Assembly (NCBI GenBank): GCA_036785375.1
Contig: JAWMAR010000391.1
Span: 992,001 to 1,056,000, forward strand
Direction of reading: 5' to 3'
DNA length: 64,000 nucleotides
Source of the DNA: Leucoraja ocellata
Taxonomy: Eukaryota
Position 1 is the first letter of the stretch. Every line of letters begins with the position of its first letter. Under the pieces are notes generated by a model. The model did no database searches. It saw only the letters and a program-made list of their open reading frames with translations, and had not been told where the DNA came from. Both the position numbers and the translations under genes were made by a program. Positions 1 to 43,000 of the stretch are shown here, in pieces.

Positions 1-291
1 GAAGTTTAAGAGATGTTTTAGTTGATTGTTTGAAGGGTAGCTGATAGGATTGAGAGTTAAACCATTTCAGTTTTGGGAATTCCAGGAGTAGTGCATTTAT
101 CCTAAAAATGAATAGGCTCTCTGGAATGAAATTAGGAAATATTTCCAGATAGACATTTTGATATTTTCCACAAGTGTCAGACTTTGTGAGGTCAGTTGTT
201 AATATTAAATCTGTGGTTTTAGATTTTTAAAGAAAGCTATTTGGGATAATGAGGCAAATGTGGCTGCAAGGAATGAACATACTAGTGGTCT

Positions 292-361
292 TTTAGTCAT
301 AGAGCTATATAGCACAGAAATGGGCACTTCGGCCCGCCTTTTCCATGATAACTAAATTGTC

Positions 362-393
<32 letters not shown>

Positions 394-870
394 TCTTTTA
401 TTGTCATTGCACATAAGCGCAATGAGATTTGGTATGCAGCTTCCATCCAATGTCATAACATAAATAACTAATAAAATTTAGATTTAGATATAGATACCCC
501 GAGAACAGGGATTGTAAAAAGAACAGTAAAATAGTCAAAACAGTTCAAACAGACTAAAGTGCAGATGTGTCTCTACTCACATAGCTGAAACTGGATCACA
601 TCCCTGCAAACATTTCCTATCCATGGACCTGTCGAAGTGTCTGTTAAATGTTATATTTGTACCCACTTCTATCACTTACTTTGGCAATTCATTCAATATA
701 CCCACCATCCTCTGTGTGGAAAAAGTTACCTATCTAGTCCCTTTAAAATATTTTGCCCTCTCACCTTAAAACTATGCCTTCTCGTTTGAGACACTCTTAC
801 CCTGGGAAAACTATTGCAGCTAATCACCTTATCTGTGCCCTTCATTATTTTGTAAACCACCTGTAATCAA
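292..870 (-). mobile_element. Degenerate CR1/HER1-like LINE 3' end, interrupted at ~363-570 by an (AAT)n-tailed insertion
   Basis: Resembles the reverse complement of the CR1 3' fragments at 5880-6305 and 38672-38910; (AAT)n at 363-391. Confidence 0.6.
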
Positions 871-3009
871 TCTTGAACAGGTACATGGGGCTAAATCATC
901 GACTCCAATTCCAATTAGTGCTGGCAGCCTGTCTGGAACAGCGAACACACGGTTTCCATTCTCCTACCTACTTTATGGCAGAGAATGATCTGAATCCTGA
1001 TGGTGGACTCTTGGGATTGTGTATGTGGGCAAATGGTGAACTCGGGCAACCTTGTCAGGGAGGAAAGATTTCCACGTTACTTCTTTGAAAGACCATCTTC
1101 GATAACATGATGGTTACCAGAATAGCAGATGTTTTTGCAGGGTTATTTGTTGTCAAATTTGATTTATCGAAACCAGTTCATGGGGTGGCTGTTCATATTT
1201 TCACTTGGATTTTATAGTGGATTGTAATGAAGGCATCAAACCAAGGGATTGTTTGCCCTTTCTAACGGAGGTAAAAGGAGGCACAGCACCATATCAGAGT
1301 AGAGCAGGAGGATTCCTGGCAAAGCTTAGCATCCAGTAACATTGCTGTAGATGATCCAGCCAAGGCCAAGTTGTTAGTTTTTGTGTGCATTGTCTTTCCT
1401 GCATTACCCAATGACTCCACCTCAAATGTATTAAATTGACTAAAGTGATTTGGAAGAGTGCAAATCGCTTTACTTAGAAGCAGAGGGGACCTGTACATAA
1501 TTTTTCCACAATAAGATTTCTCAGGATATAATGAGGTACAAAACTGCCAATGCTTTGCGGTGAGGTGTGTGCCAAACTATGTCAGGAAGACAATGCACCC
1601 TTTATGCCGAAATGAAATTATATACAAGAGTTGGCTGCCGCAGTTAAACTGAAGTATGTGAGTCTTTAAAAAATATTGTACCTTTTAGCTTTGGACATTG
1701 GCACTTGGAATGTTTCTGTTTTGCTGAAGGACTGACCTGTTCAAATTGTTGTTTCAATGGTGGAGATTACAGTCTTGGATCTGAAGGAACAACGTAGATC
1801 AAATTTACCTCTCGATCATCCTGATGCTCAATTAGTGCAGTAGGCCAATGGAGAATCCAGTAAAAAGTGAAATGGGAAGCTGAGGGAGGAGAAGACATCA
1901 CGCCACCATTGAAATTGGCACTTCCCTGTGGATAGGTTCTTTTTTGTCCCAATATCTCCCATTTAATGTTTTTTCCGCATAATTGCTTACGTTATATTAA
2001 TTGAATGGCATGCAGCTTTTGTGAGCTTTCCATGTTCACGGGTGTCTGCAGTACTCTCAAAAGCAGTTGTGCTGCGAATCTTGCACGTGTTGCTAACGAG
2101 TGCAGTTCTTGGCGTGCAGCCTCAATGAATTGTTTGTCCCCATATACGTTTGAGAAGTCTGTACCTTTTCTGGATTCCACCCGGTGGAATAAATAAGACT
2201 GGGACTTGTGATTTGCTATATTCAATTCATAGCATTTGAAGCTGGTGCACATTCTCCCTCTCCTGCCTTGTGATCCCATTAAAATAGTTAATGCTAGCTT
2301 CAACCAGCTAATCTAAAATTAATAGACACATAGAGCTGATGTTATTTTGTTGCAATCTATGTTCAGAAATAGACGATAATTTCAATAAATTTAGCATTTT
2401 GTATTGCTCTATCACGGACCTGTTAAGGAGATTTTGAAAGTCATTTTACTGGCTCCATTAAAGGCCTCTTAAACAAACCACAAGTAACCGTAATGTACTT
2501 GGCCTGGTTCCGATGAACAACCTTCTAGGATTTTTGGATGGCATGGTGCCTTGACAAAGTAGAATATAGAATGAATGTGGTAAGTCGGTAGGTAGTTGGT
2601 GTGTTATCCATTTGCTTGGCTGAGTACAGATCCAGTCATAGTTGAGCTCAACAATATCTGGTCAAAAAAAAGCCCATTCTGTTGGCAGCCAACCCACCGC
2701 CTAAAACATTTAATGCCACAACTGTTGATAGAAAGCTTTTGACAGCAGCCCTCGAGGCCATCTGGTGTACGGTAACACCACCACCTGAAAGCCGCATACC
2801 ATCCCTTACAAAATGTCTATTCTTCCTTACACATTGCCTTGTCCATACTCAAAAAAAATAACTTGCCGAAAAGCACAGAGACCGATATCACCACAACCCG
2901 GTACTAATTATAAGTGGTGGGTCACTGCTCCTCCTCAATGGTAGTTAAGGATGGGTAATAAATGTTGGCCTTTTCTTGATGCCCACATTCCATGAGCAAT
3001 CACACAAAT

Positions 3010-3166
3010 CACTTCCAGCTTTACCATCATGCTATATACAGTAAGATCCAGATCAGACTTTATTCCTCCAAATCTGCTGAAAGGATAAGTGAACCGCCAT
3101 CAGCATCCTCTTCCCAGGCCAACATTCGCAGCAACGAGGTCCGAACAGCACTCAGTCCTATCTGTC

Positions 3167-3206
<40 letters not shown>

Positions 3207-3745
3207 TTTTGTTTATAGGGACAATGCATATGAATTAACATTTTGCATGTAAATATGCGAGATTGTAGCTAATCAGCAGCTAACTTCCGTCTCTAGTCCC
3301 AGGCAAAGGTAGGTGAAGTGTCTTGCCCAAGGACACAACGACAGTACACACTCCAAGCAGGATTCGAACCGACCACCTTCAGGTTGCCAGCCGAACACTT
3401 AGCCCAATCCATCGAGAAGGCCACATTGTTGGCATGCCTGACACCAGATTCCCAAAACAGATGCTGAGCTCTGAGCTCTATCACGGGAAGAGATTACCAG
3501 ATGGACAGCAATGTGTTCAAAGCAATTTTCACGAACCCTTTGGAATCTCCGGCCCACGGCTACTCATAATGGAGAAGGAGCATGAAGGATGATATTGAGA
3601 ACATTAAGGACAGTGCAAGCATTGCATCACTTCAAAAACTATTCACTTTCCCGTTCAATCAGGAACCTCATGCCCATCTGTGGAAGAGTCCATGGTTCCT
3701 ACATTGACCTCATCAATTACTTAAGAGTCAGCCAGAATTAGTTGG
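3010..3745 (+). mobile_element. Degenerate RTE-clade LINE 3' fragment with a nested SINE
   Basis: GHIVGMPDTRFPKQMLSSELYHGKRLPDGQ resembles the RTE C-terminal WAGHxxRMxxxRLPKQxLYxEL motif. Confidence 0.7.
3167..3406 (-). mobile_element. tRNA-derived SINE (B-box GGTTCGAATCC; gtccttgggcaagacacttcac core), (ATT)n tail
   Basis: Head closely matches 20837-20943; (AAT)n at 3167-3204 on + strand. Confidence 0.8.
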
Positions 3746-3973
3746 AGGAGCTGCCAAAGAAGATACAACAAAATATCTCAGGTCACCCTACCTACTTTAT
3801 GAAGACCAACACAAACCATTTAGTTAAATAGTCCTCATTCCCCATTTTAAATTCTTCCATTTCTGTCTGCAAGACATTCACATTTGCCCTAGTTAGCTGT
3901 CTCTTTAAAAAAAAAAAATACTAACTGGTTCAATTTTCATATTTCTTGCCTGTTTACCCATTTTTGCTTTTCT

Positions 3974-4120
3974 TAGAAACATAGAAAATAGGTGCAGGAG
4001 TAGGCCATTTGGCCCTTCGATCGTGGCTGATCATCCAAAACCAGTACCCCGTACCTGCTTTCTCCCCATATCCATTGATTCCGTTAGCCCTCAGAGCTAT
4101 ATCTAACTCTCTTGAAAACA
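3974..4120 (-). mobile_element. CR1/HER1-like LINE 3' end
   Basis: Reverse complement of the tail at 24290-24450. Confidence 0.75.
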
Positions 4121-4349
4121 TCAAATGAAAACATCTTAATCAATTCCTAGTTTTTTGAGTTCTAAAATGCTCTCAAGTCCACGTCTAACATTTGTGGCAG
4201 CTTTACAAGCCTCGTCCATTCATTTTATATTATCGTTAAGTTCTCCTATCATCCAAGGATTCAGCACTCTTCTTTTTGTGTCCTTGTGCAGATGGAGGGG
4301 AATACAATTTTCTGCAAATTATACTTTTTTTCCTTAAATGCATGCCATT

Positions 4350-4925
4350 GCTTGTCAACCTTCTACAGATGCACAGTAGAAATGATCCTATCAAGATGCA
4401 TCAAAGCTTGGTGTGGTAACAGTTCTGCCCAAGATAGTAAGAATTGCAGAAAGTTGTCTATGTAGCCCAGTCCATCACACAAATTAGCTTCCTCCCTCTT
4501 CCCCCTCCCCCAGCCCCCCTCGACTCCATTCTACACTTTATGCTGCCTTGGCAAAACAACCAACTTAATCAAGGACCATTGGGCAGAAGATACAAAAAGA
4601 ACATACAACCAAATTTGGGGACTGCTTCTGTTATGATTTGTGAACGATCCTATGATAAGCTTGGATATAGTCCTGATCTTCCAACCTACCACATTGTGGA
4701 CCTTGCACTTTTTAAAATCTTCATTTTCTCTGTAACTAATGCTGTAACTCTGTAACTGAACCAGTATAATGCTGTAGTGCTGTATTTTACCCTCTAGTAT
4801 TTTTCTCTTTGCATCTTGTGATGTACTTGTACTCATAGTATGATTTGACGGGATAGCTTGCAAACAAAGCTTTTCACTGTATCTCAGTAGATGTGACAAT
4901 GAATAAATCAACCAACCAACCAAAA
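4350..4925 (+). mobile_element. Degenerate Rex1/Babar-like LINE 3' fragment
   Basis: YRCTVE...WxGN...LQKVVxxAQ remnants; tail cactgtatctcagtagatgtgacaat followed by (AACC)n. Confidence 0.6.
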
Positions 4926-5879
4926 CAAATTTCAATCTGTTTTCACCAGAGATAATTATTTCCTTTTTGATTTAAGATCCCAGCATAAAATTCTATCAAA
5001 TTACGGGTCCCTCTTCCCTGAAGGTGCCTTCCCCTTGATCGATTATTTCCTTATCCCTGCTCTTTGCACAATATGAGAACTGAAGGTTCTAAGTAACTTT
5101 TTCCCTATTTGGTTCTTCAATATATCGATCCAGAAAGCCATCTTGCAGAAAAGTTTTGTGGCCCCAATTACTGCTAATGTCACATATCTAATTCAATTAT
5201 AATTTCAAATCCTGATTATCCCATTGGCTCCTCTAATTTCCTGATTTATGTCAGGTCCAATATTACACCACAATGAAGGCAACTCCAAAAACTAATTTAC
5301 AGAATTACATCTGGAACAAATCCTGATCAGTATTGACAACCTCGTTGCTTGCTGTGGGTTGGATGCTTCCGTGTTCGCCTTCAATAACAATCAGTGCATC
5401 TAAATTGGGTTAATTTCTCTGGAATCGATTCATCTCTTCCCAAGGCTTTGTCTCTGCACTGAAACCGTAATGAAATGTTTCTGAGGTGTGATGACATTGT
5501 ATATTAATGCAAACCTGCATGATTTCATAATCCTCAATGTCAGACTTTTAGATTGATGGTGTGTGAACTGGGGAGAGTCTATTTTTTAAAACAGATTCAT
5601 TCTTAGCAGCAGCCAAGTCCCTCTTCTCAGTGCAACCCCTCCCTGTTGCAAATGAAAATAATTCTCCTTCCTGCTGTCTGCAAAGCAATTCTTGGAAGAA
5701 TAACATATATGCATATGGATTATTTCGCAGTAGAATTCGGACCAAGACAGTGCTGTTTGCCAAGAGGATCGAAGACATATTTAGAACCAAGATCTTCATT
5801 TAAAATCATTTCTCAATGGCAGATTTATTTCAGAGTATCCAAAAACATTTTACATTTAATGAATATGAGGATGTTTCAT

Positions 5880-6305
5880 TGGAAGGGCTGAGTAATAGGG
5901 CAAGCTGGGACTTTAATTCTTGGAGAGTAGGAGGATGAGGGGTGAATTTATACAAGATGTATAAGAGGGGAATAAATAGGGTGAATGCATAGATCATTTA
6001 CTTAGAAAAAGGGAATCAAAAACCAGGAAAATAGGTTTAAGGTGAGAGTGGAAAGATTTAATAGGAACCTGAGTGATGACTTTATCCTTCAGAGGGCAGT
6101 AAGTGTATGGAACAAACTACCAGAGGAGCTAGTTGAGGCAGGTGCTCGAACAACATTTAAAAGGCATTTAGACAGGTACATGGATAGGAATAGTTTAGAG
6201 GGCTATGGGCCACACTTGGGCAGGTGGGACTAGAATAGATGGAGCATCTTGGTCAAGTTACATTGGCAAGTTGGGCTGAAGGACTTGTTTCCGTGCTATA
6301 TGACT
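5880..6305 (+). mobile_element. CR1-like LINE 3' fragment
   Basis: QRAVSVWNKLPEELVEAG..TFKRHLDRYMDR..LEGYG, the CR1 ORF2 C-terminus. Confidence 0.8.
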
Positions 6306-6378
6306 TAATATTTTTTAAACCATTGTATTACAAGAAATGTAATAGTAAATTTTGCCCAAATACAACCTGATAATGACA

Positions 6379-6584
6379 AGGTAGACACAAAATGCTGGAG
6401 TAACTCAGCGGAACAGGCAGCATCTCTGGAGAGAAGGAATGGTTGATGTTTCGGGTCGAGACCCTTCTCAACCTGAAATGTCACCCATACCTTCTCTCCA
6501 GAGATGCTGCCTGTCCCGCTGAGTTACTCCAACATTTTGTGTCTACCTTCGATTTAAACCAGCATCTGCAGTTCCTTCCTACAC
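6379..6584. mobile_element. Fold-back Penelope-pLTR-derived element
   Basis: Inverted arms of about 80 bp; flanking direct repeat ATAATGACA at 6370 and 6585. Confidence 0.75.
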
Positions 6585-9500
6585 ATAATGACACGGTAAT
6601 CTCAGTACTATTGGTTGATGTATAAGTACTAGTCAGAACATTGGGGTTAACTCTGCTGCATGTTTCCACACATGAATGCTCATGATGGAGGAAACTTTAA
6701 GTGGCGGCTGAGGTGGGATGGAGCATTTGTTGGGGGTCTGAATAGAGTGGGAACAAAGAAGAAAAGGCACAATATGCTGGAGTAACTCAGCGGTTCAGGC
6801 AGCATCTCTGGAGAACATGGATAGATGACATTTCAGGTGAAGACCCTTTTTCAGAAGTCAGAATAAAGAAGGAAATTGGTTAACTAGAAAGTTGAAGCTG
6901 CAAAGGTTGTTCATCGCTTTAAGATGTGTCAAGAAATGCACGAGTGGAGAGACGAGAAGTGGAACCTACTTGCAGTATTTGTGCGGTAATGAAGGAATGA
7001 AGACCAGCTCGAATAAGAGGTTGGAAAGGAAGAATAGTCCATCTTAAACTGGATGGAGAAAGACTGCCATTATTAAGCAAGAGCTTGAGAAGGAATGTTT
7101 GTACAGAGAGTGGAGACTTGGATGAATAGCCACTGTGAACCGAGTTTAGAGGGGGTAAAGGACTTTTGGTGAACAGGAGCAAAGGGGAATCTTTACCAAA
7201 AAAATCTAGTTTATTTGATTTAAATTAATCTGCTCAATTTTGTCCATTGAGTCACCTTTATTAATTGCTATAAGAGTATTTTGCATGAATGCTTTTTTGT
7301 AGCCACATAGTTAGAGAAACTATTTCTACAGTGTAGAAACATGCCCTTCAACCCACCACATTTATGCCATCCATCAAGTACATATCAACACTAAATGCAT
7401 TTAGTAGCACTTAGTAATGTTATTTCTATTTGAAAAACTGCTGCTAAATTAGCTGCTAAATTTGTATAAGATAATTATAAGCAGTTGAATAAGGGGTGGG
7501 AATTAATAAGCTTTGGCTTCTTCCTTCTCCTTTTCGGACACATATGATTTAATTTATTTATAAATATTGATTATGACACTTTATAAATATACTTGATTTT
7601 TTTTGTTTTTTTGTATGCTGTTTCACACTTGCTTTTCATTCTTTTATTCTGATCAAAATAAATAAATAAATGCATGTGATTAAACAGACATTCAATTACC
7701 ATTTATTAATGTGATTTCAGGTGTAGAGTCATCCAGTATTACAATGTTCTGCACAGATTATTACCTCCCAATGATTCAAAACCTGTAACAACTACTTTTA
7801 ATAATTATATATAAAACTATAGTAAAATTATTTTTGAGTTTGAAAATGTACCATTATCGAACTAAAACAAACCGTTCCTGTGGGAAGATGGGAGATGATT
7901 TTGTTGCAAACTAGGTTTGCTCACATTTTATTCCAAATTCAGTGTTTGCTCACATTTTTAATGTGATAGTCTGTTCACATTTTTTAATCTCTCTGAAGTT
8001 TGGAGTTTTCTCTTTTAATATATCTAATTTAATTTTAAAAACATTCACGTGTTGTGGGACATCCATTGAAACTGCCCATGTTTTGATTTTAGAAATTGGT
8101 CTCTGAAAGATGAATAACCATTGTAAAATTCTGCATAAATAAGAATAACCAAATGCGCAAGATAATATTTTCATTCAGCCACATCAAAGCACTGGCCTTG
8201 ATAATGTCTCCTGTTTTATTTTGAGGTGATAGCTTTTGTTTGAGGAGGTGGTGGGGACTTTCCTAGAGCTGTGAGATACACAAGAGGATCTGTTGAAAAT
8301 ATTTCATAAGTAGGGTTTGGTGACTATGGATTTGGTACAACATTAAGTTTGTGTCAGGAGTTTGCCAGGTTCTGCGCTGGTGGAAACTCCACACTGAATT
8401 TGGAATAAATAAAATGTACCAAGAAAGGGTCATTTTATTCTGATAAGTTTGAGGTGTTTATATTGGCAACCAAGAACCAAATTGTTTGCTTATGATTTTA
8501 AGTGACTTGCTTCCATGTGCCACCACTGTGTTGGGCCAGGAATGTAATAATTAATGAACAGATTGTTGTGTATGAATGGTACATTACAATATGGTTTCAT
8601 TTAAAACCAATGTCTTTATGTACCTTTCATACACAATTTCTAAAGTGTTATTAAGAATCTTGGCACCGTCTGATGATTGTTGATGGTAATAAGAGTAAAA
8701 CTGTTTTTTTGAATAAAATAGGGATCGGGCAAAGGAATCTGAAATTCCACCAAAACAAAACAAATTATTAAAATCAGAATCTAACAAGTGGCTGAATTGA
8801 AAACTGAAGGAATTATGTTATGTCTGAAGACCCGAAACATCACCCATTCCTTCTCTCCAGAGTTACTCCAGCATTTTGTGTCTATCTTCGAAGTTATGTT
8901 AAACTTTTGTTTAATGTTGGCCTGACTTGATTAGGCAATCCAGTGGCGATAAATCTTCTGGTTTTCTTTGAAATAATTCCACAGGATCTTTTCCATCCAA
9001 CTGAGAAAGCAGATGCAGCTTTGGAGGATGAATGAGATTGCAATCGATGTTAAGTAGAAGCAGATGCAGTTCTGGTTGTTATATCAGAAATAAAAAGGAT
9101 AGGGTTAGCGCAAAGGCTGGAAGAATGTTTACAAGGTTGATTCCAGAAATGCAGAATCATATCTATCGTGAAAAGGGGTGAACAGGTGACTCTTTTGCTG
9201 CATGTAAAGTAAAGACTGAGAGATGACAGAATGCAATGTTCCAAGATTTATGAAGCGTTCTGAGAATCATTCAGTTTTATTTCTGAGCAAAAGCAACACC
9301 AGACACATTCAAAAGAAGGTATTCACCAATAACTTAAACAGGGAATTTCAAGGAAGCTACTTTACCCTGAGATTAATGAGAACAACCAGAGAGCAGTGAG
9401 AACATAGAATATCTTTACCATGGCATAATGAAGGCAAACACATTGATACATGTAAGAGGAAGCCAGATGATCATCTGAAGGCGCAGGAAGTGGGTGGGGA

Positions 9501-12156
9501 TGGTGCTGATAATAAGAGGTGAAATGGACACACGCCCAAGTGAAGCACCCGCACTAGCATGAACTGAACGGACATGATCTATTTCTGAACTATTTCTGTA
9601 CATTGTGGACAGCCCGATTGTAATCATGTAGACTTTCCACTGACTGGATACCATGCAACAAAGAGCATTTCGCTGTAGCTCAGTACACGTGACAATAAAC
9701 TAAACTAAACTATTCTATGTACCCTTGTCCCTGCAGACTGAAAGGGTTAGTTTATATTCAGACAGCTCAGGAAAAAAATTTGACTTGATGACAGGCAAAT
9801 CTATTGTTCCTCTTCCAAAAATATAAGAAAGCACAAGGCCAGGAAATGTTGGCAGAGATGTGACTGTTATGTTAGATTGAATTGTAAATGTGTTCTAAAC
9901 CATGGTGTATCGCACAGATAATTTGGAATCACCTAGTTTGCAGATACCATTGGTCTATCACTTTAGAGGAACCATTCCCACAATCTCAGTTATTTTTTTT
10001 TTGTGATTAAGTTTGATGAATAAATCATTGACATTGTTGTTTATCCAAGTTTTACTGGCACAATGATGTGATTTATTTCTATTATTCCTTTATACCATTT
10101 ATTTTCAAAGTGCTCTGGCGTCCTCTGTTGGTTAGTGACAGGACTGCAAGTAAACAGGTATCCATGTTTTTGAAGTTCCACTCCAATGTGCATGTAGGTA
10201 GCAAACCCCCTAAAACAGGGGGAGCTGTCCATATCCGTTCAGTGCGAGAATCACGTTTGGTCTGTAGATGGCCTGACGACCCTGGAGCCAGTTGACTTCT
10301 GACCAGGTGGGGTATAGAATATTGGAAATGTGACCAGGATTAAGGGAAGGATTTATCTGGTTAACTACTTGTCCTTCTGTAGTCAGTACACACTGGTGAT
10401 TTGCAATGCAGTGAGTGAGAATCCAGTGAGGGATACCATGAGCCATCTAATTAATGCAGATAGGAAACAGTTTTTTGGAGATTGGATCACTGCAAGAAGC
10501 TCACCACAGACAATTACTTCTAGTCCCCGTTCTTTGCTTATTTTTAAAAGATGTATATTCTTTGACATTGGTAGGTCAGATAATCCATGTTCCTCGACAC
10601 TGCACTGCCAGACGTTGGCACTCTGGTGGTTTTTCCAATAGTCCATCATTTGCTACACAGCATGGTGGCCATCGTACATCCTTGATGTTGGTGGATGGTA
10701 ACAAAACAGTCGTGATTGCAGGGCCCAATCCTACTACAAAGATACAGATGGAATAACAAGGAACTACAGGTGCTAGTTTATCAAAGAAAGCCACAAAATG
10801 CCAGAGTAACTCAGCGGGTAAAGGCAGTATCTCTGGAGGAGGTGCACATGGTTGAATTGTGATTGAATGTTGACAGGAACAATGATCACGTTGTGAGTTC
10901 CACAAACTGCAATGCGACTCTTGAAACCACAACAATACCTGGTGGGGCCATAGTGGTGCCAGGAGTTTGGAGCGTGATTAGATGCGTCTCACTGATGAGA
11001 AAGTAAACCAGCCTTACATCACCTTTTCAGTGCGTGAAGTACAATCAGGGTTGGTTCCCATTCGCAGACTGCAGGACAAATTTAATTACTAATCCAACAG
11101 CCTCCTCTCCAGTGCTCTCATGTGACACTTCTAAATTGCCAATTAACTCCTTTACTGGTGTTCAGTAAGGATTTTGTCAGGAATAGTTAGCTCTGGAAGC
11201 GTCGATACAAGAGCTGAATTCCAGAGGGGAGATGATTGCCACGAACATCAGGCTAATATTTAACTGAATGGAAAAATCGTGTCTTTGCAGAACTGAACCT
11301 TAAGGGCAATCCTCGACAAGACGAGAGTCATGGATAGCACCAAAGAAGTTGACTGATTAATGGTGCAATTTATCTCTGCTTCTGGGAGGTGCTGTTGGAG
11401 TCTTTCAAAGCAATGGCGTATACTAGCCATGCCCCATTTTTCACAAATGACCATTCTTCTGCCATATCAGGAAGAGGGTGTTTGCTAATGACTGAGAACC
11501 CTCTGCAGAGTACCAGTTGCAGCTCCTCAGATATTGTAGGAGTTCTATGCCTGCGTGAAGTGGGATTTATCTGCCACTTGTGAGCACACGTAATCATTGT
11601 GCTACACAAGTGACAGATAAGTGACTTTATGTCTCCAAAAGTGTGAATATAATCGCCTTCAAAGGCATTGTTATTGGTAAATCCACAGCCAACAAAATCT
11701 TCAGTGTCATCATTGACCAGAATTGAAACTAGAGCAACCACTTAAATCCTGTGTCTACTATAGGAGGTCAAGGGCTGTGCATCCTGCATCACATAACTTG
11801 TCCCTTGATTCCCCAAAGCCATTTTGCCATTAATAGTACATAAGTCAGGCATCCCAGCAAGTCACTTGAAAGGACATGGTCACTCCTTCATGATCACTGG
11901 GTCAAAGTGTTGAAAGCCCTGTGTAACCACACCGGGAAAATCCTTTCATCACAAGCACTAACATTATCTTGAGGGCGATCAAGAATCAGTTACAAGTGCC
12001 AGCGATGCCTACTTCTCATAAGAATTTAACAAAAGTAATTAAGTTGAGATAATTGTACATTTCCCTGCTTTACGATGATTAACTTCCTGTTTTTTTTTTC
12101 TTCCTTCACCCCATCCCCATCCCCAACCTTGCACCATTTCTCTTCATTTCTCTTAG

Positions 12157-41038
<28,882 letters not shown>

Positions 41039-43000
41039 ATGACCACAGCTGGTGGATGTAGCTTGGTCACATAATGCAACAAATGTACTGAAGTACAAAT
41101 CCAATTATCTAGCAATGGAACTACCAGGTTAATTCACGTATGCAGGAAAATATGTCTTATTGTTAAGCTAATAAATAACTAACAGACTAAGTATTCAGCA
41201 AGCATTTACATTTCCCTGAAATGTTTGTCTTTGAAGTTATGATTTTTATGTTTTATTTTGTTAACTGTTGAATATTGCTTTGACACGCGTAACTGTGGCG
41301 ATACGGTTAGTATAGTTTGTTTTTTTAACTCCCAATCACTTCAGTGACCTCATGATCTTGATGTTGTTCAGGATCAATGCTGCACAGCGCTCATGAAGAT
41401 TCAATAATCTGTGCCACTGTCAGCCAGTGCTGTGCAGTAACATGTACCGCTTCCCCAGCCTCTGCTACCATGGTTGCAGTGTTCAGTCATTATAATTTGG
41501 GTCACCAGTGCCCAAATGCAACTTGGTAACCTTGTAGTTTTTAGCTAACGTATGTAGCATAACTCTTAAGTTTGCCCAACGATGATTTTGTGTAGGTTAA
41601 AAATTGCTGACCTTGTACAGCTTAACTTTAAAAATAAATGGGCAAATTACTGTGAAAATCGAAGGTAAACCTGGAGTCTGAAGGGAGATTGGATATATGG
41701 AGATCTAGTGCCAAATTTAGGTTTTAGAATGTAATTTGGTCGCAAGCAGCAATCTGTTGTTTACTTCTGAAATCTTTTTTGATCTTTTGATAGCACCTTC
41801 AGAAAATGTGATTATGATGAATATAACTATAATTATTGATGCTTTCTGAAACAATCTTGTATTTTCCACTTTACCTCAATCTTGTTTCTTGAGGATTCCA
41901 GATGCTGTACTTAATACTTAACAGATGTTGGTTACAGAATTTGCGCTTGTCAGCTTACTTAATTATGGTGGCTTGTCTATTGGTATGCAGAGGGAGGACA
42001 GAGGCTGCTGAGGATGTTGTCAATGTGCTATGTTTACATGGTGGAACACACTATACACTAAATCCCCCCCCTTGTTAGTGTTCTTTTAAAAATGAAGTTC
42101 AGCAAAACTTTTCTTTAGGATTCCAACAAGTTGAAAAATCTAAATTGTTACCCGAATTAAAACAATATTCTGTGTGGCCTTTTTGCGGAGCAAGTTACAG
42201 CTTGCGAATTGGACCTCGTCCAAAAAAAGGGGTGACCTATATTTCTGATGAAACAAAATATGCTTGACGTTTTCTGAGTTTTTAAAAAAAAGCATGAAGC
42301 ATAAATCCTGTCATGGATAAAAACAATTAAGTCCTCATCCCTGGATAAACAAGTACTGATTTATAGCAGGACAGAAATTGCAAGACTGAACTTGAATTTT
42401 TGTAGATGGATTAACGTGTCCATATCAAGCTGATTACAGCTGATGCAGGCAATCAGAATTCTTAAGAAATGGTGATTTAACCACAAATATTGTCAAAGAT
42501 GTATTTTCATTTCAGGATGCAGAATTGATTTGAATATTGTAACAATTGGACTTTATGCAAGTGAGTTTTTCATACCGTAAAACAAATGATTATTAAAGTT
42601 ATCCTTCAATTATAGTTTATTAGGCATTTATTTCCAGTTGTGTGTATATATTACAAAGCATAGTGATTCCAAATTGTACATCTACCTTAAATTATATTTG
42701 TGTTCTGCACAATATATATTCACTTCAGATTTGTAAATATCTTACGGAAATAATCCACTAACTTTTATAGTTATATTAAAAAAGATGATGCATGCGTTAT
42801 TATCTTTCATATTTAAGGTTGTATTTTAGAATAGAATCTGAAACAAGAAAGGAGTGGATGGAAACTATTTTGTAAATACATTGTGCACTTACAATGACAT
42901 GAATTAAATTCAGCTGGAAAATTGATTTTGTGCACCACACTGGGGAAGCTGATGTATGTACAGTCTATTTATAATAAAACACTCGTTTTCATGGAAACTG
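41039..43000 (+). other. NEDD4: Probable NEDD4 3' UTR
   Basis: AT-rich stretch after the stop with no recognisable repeats; AATAAA at 41170, 41633 and 42973; end is approximate. Confidence 0.65.
42973..42978 (+). promoter_or_regulatory. Candidate distal polyadenylation signal AATAAA
   Basis: AATAAA preceded by TGTA-rich sequence at the end of the AU-rich UTR-like block. Confidence 0.5.

Noticed and set aside
10041-11741. Cluster of 60-120 aa ORFs on both strands
   Set aside because: No recognisable motif or splice-compatible frame; probably an old decayed element that I cannot classify.
1-12156. Upstream NEDD4 C2 exons or the long alternative first exon known from human isoform 1
   Set aside because: No FEVFDENRL-type exon and no long + strand ORF ending in a donor was found; they probably lie upstream of the window.
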